From Hydrolagus colliei (lineage: Eukaryota): a stretch of 64,000 nt of DNA. Positions 62,401-64,000 of the stretch are shown piece by piece (position 1 is the stretch's first letter; every line of letters begins with the position of its first letter). The notes under the pieces are model-generated. The model did no database searches. It was not told the DNA's origin and worked only from the letters and a program-made list of their open reading frames with translations. Location of the stretch: contig CM068756.1 in NCBI GenBank assembly GCA_035084275.1, forward strand, positions 14,198,001 to 14,262,000, in the 5' to 3' direction. The position numbers and the translations under genes are program-made.

Positions 62401-64000
62401 ACCAACGTAATCAAAACTGATTCCTTTAGACATCTACTATCAAATCGAAAAGTCTGTAACACATCTCACAAACTATTTAGATTTTAAGTGCAGCGAGGAA
62501 AAGAAGCCGAAGATTTTCCCCAACAAAGCCTCAGAATGTTGAATATATTGATAAATGATATTATTTGTGCTGTATTTGTGAAGATGTATCAGTGGAAAAG
62601 TCCAGTTACTGGTTTCACCCCTAATTGCTGGTGGAGAGCTCAGGTCTATAGCACTTTGGGCGGGTTACCAAATAACAAGAAAATACAGTTTGAAGGAGAG
62701 AGATATTTAGAAATTAATGAGAAAACAAGAAGATACACAGGTTTGAGATATTGCTTCGTTTCAAAGACTAAACATTTATAAAAACGCAATGTACGGCAGA
62801 TGCTGGAAATCCGAAACAATCTGAACACTCAGCAGGTCAGGCAGCCTCTCTGGACAAAGGAAAAATGATTCAACATTTTGGATTCACGACCTTTCGTCTG
62901 AACTGCGTTAATAAAATTTTGACTGCGTTAATAACTCCGGAAAAGAGATCTGTGATTGACTAACAACTGGGTTCCCACTTATTGCTGGAACGAAACACCC
63001 AATGTTTCGTCCTGCCCGGGAATCAAACCTGGGTCCCCCCTCGAGAGAGGCGAGTGCTCTAATCACTGAGATACACGACTCCACTGATACAAGAGATTCT
63101 GATGAATAATAATCCTAAAAGCAGCAAATTTGCCACACACAGTGTACCATAAATAGTCATGGCGTTAATAACCAATTTTACCTGCTGTGTTTATCAGCCA
63201 GAACAAAGGGAGGAAGAATCTTACTTCACGCTTCGAATAGTATCATGGCATCATTACATGCATAAATATCTGAAGTTAACAATGTGTTCAAACCCTTTGA
63301 ACACATTGTTAACTTTAGATATTTATGCATATAACATATGAATACTATTTCATTGTTAAACAAAATAACCAAAGTAAATATTACATCTAATCTCAATCTG
63401 TGCATTTTTTGTCATCAGAATTAGCAACAACAACAACAACAACTACAAAATTGCATCTGTAAAGCGCATTTTACAGCAAGAAGAGGTCCCAAGGTGCTGG
63501 ACCCGAACTGAAATTAGATGGAACTCAGAACTGAAAACAGCTGGATGTATTAGTTTACGGCAGCTGTAGCTAATGACATCTGGTTACCATTGCTCTTGAC
63601 TTTATTACTCAGGCGAGGGCGACACACAGAATACCAAAATGGACCATTGCTTATCAGAGGAACCCTCACAAAATACAATCCATAGATTGTAGAGCAAGAG
63701 ACTGCTGTACCTATTGACAGCTGATCACAGCGATGAAGCACAATCACTTGTTAATAAAAGGGGGAACATGACGGGATGGGAAGACATTTGATGCTGAAGT
63801 GTCCTGAGGTGTCCCGAGCGTTTGAAAACTATGCGGGTTCAGGATGCCACCACTTATTGGTTAGGTTTAACAAAATGTATGATTTATTCACTTAAAATGT
63901 TCTACATTCACACCTTATAATGTCGTTGATCACCACCATGCACAACCCCCTCATCACCATCTCAACACATTTATCTCCTATCAACTCTGGCATCGTTTCC
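59477..64000. repeat. Third, more diverged unit matching 3713-~8330 and 38055-~42670
   Basis: Colinear, with visibly more substitutions and indels than copy 1 versus copy 2. Confidence 0.92.
61983..62115 (-). CDS. Arg-TM exon of a third A-type gene whose ectodomain exons lie beyond the window end
   Basis: (A)SGRNGYYGGMSENMMILRFIFCFLVVIVLTIFIVDHVKISQLER; 18 nt longer at the 5' end and +1 nt near the 3' end versus A1/A2. Confidence 0.75.

Overview
AT-rich vertebrate genomic DNA with no prokaryotic features. The repeat landscape (CR1 with (TTCTTATG)n tails, L2 with (TTG)n tails, Deu-domain tRNA-SINEs, Penelope-type palindromes) suggests a cartilaginous fish; this is an inference. The window holds a tandem cluster of non-rearranging Ig-superfamily receptor genes on the minus strand, which the ORF track shows only in fragments. 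I reconstructed the exons by hand from GT-AG sites and phases. Type B (intact copy B1, 26183->21012, 7 exons, 375 aa) is leader-VJ-C1-TM-tail with four Tyr motifs (VAYVAL, TVYAQ, LTYADL, SEYAEV), laid out like the SIRPalpha tail, so an inhibitory receptor. Type A (A1 11768->5701; A2 45982->40046) has a near-identical VJ-C1 ectodomain and a broken B-type TM exon. Further downstream it has an intact TM exon with an intramembrane Arg (MMILRFIFCFLVVIVLTIFIV) and a short tail, so a candidate activating partner. Together they look like a SIRP/NKp30-like paired-receptor system. The locus was built by nested duplications. An older A/B unit duplication came first, then a recent ~34-kb-offset duplication (1-25855 vs 32056-59476). 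A third, more diverged unit starts at a deletion junction (59476/59477) that decapitates B2. Divergent V pseudogenes, gene-conversion tracts, fold-back hairpins and nested or copy-specific transposons (Gypsy, L2, CR1, hAT-type) are interspersed. No database searches were run, so family names rest on motif recognition.
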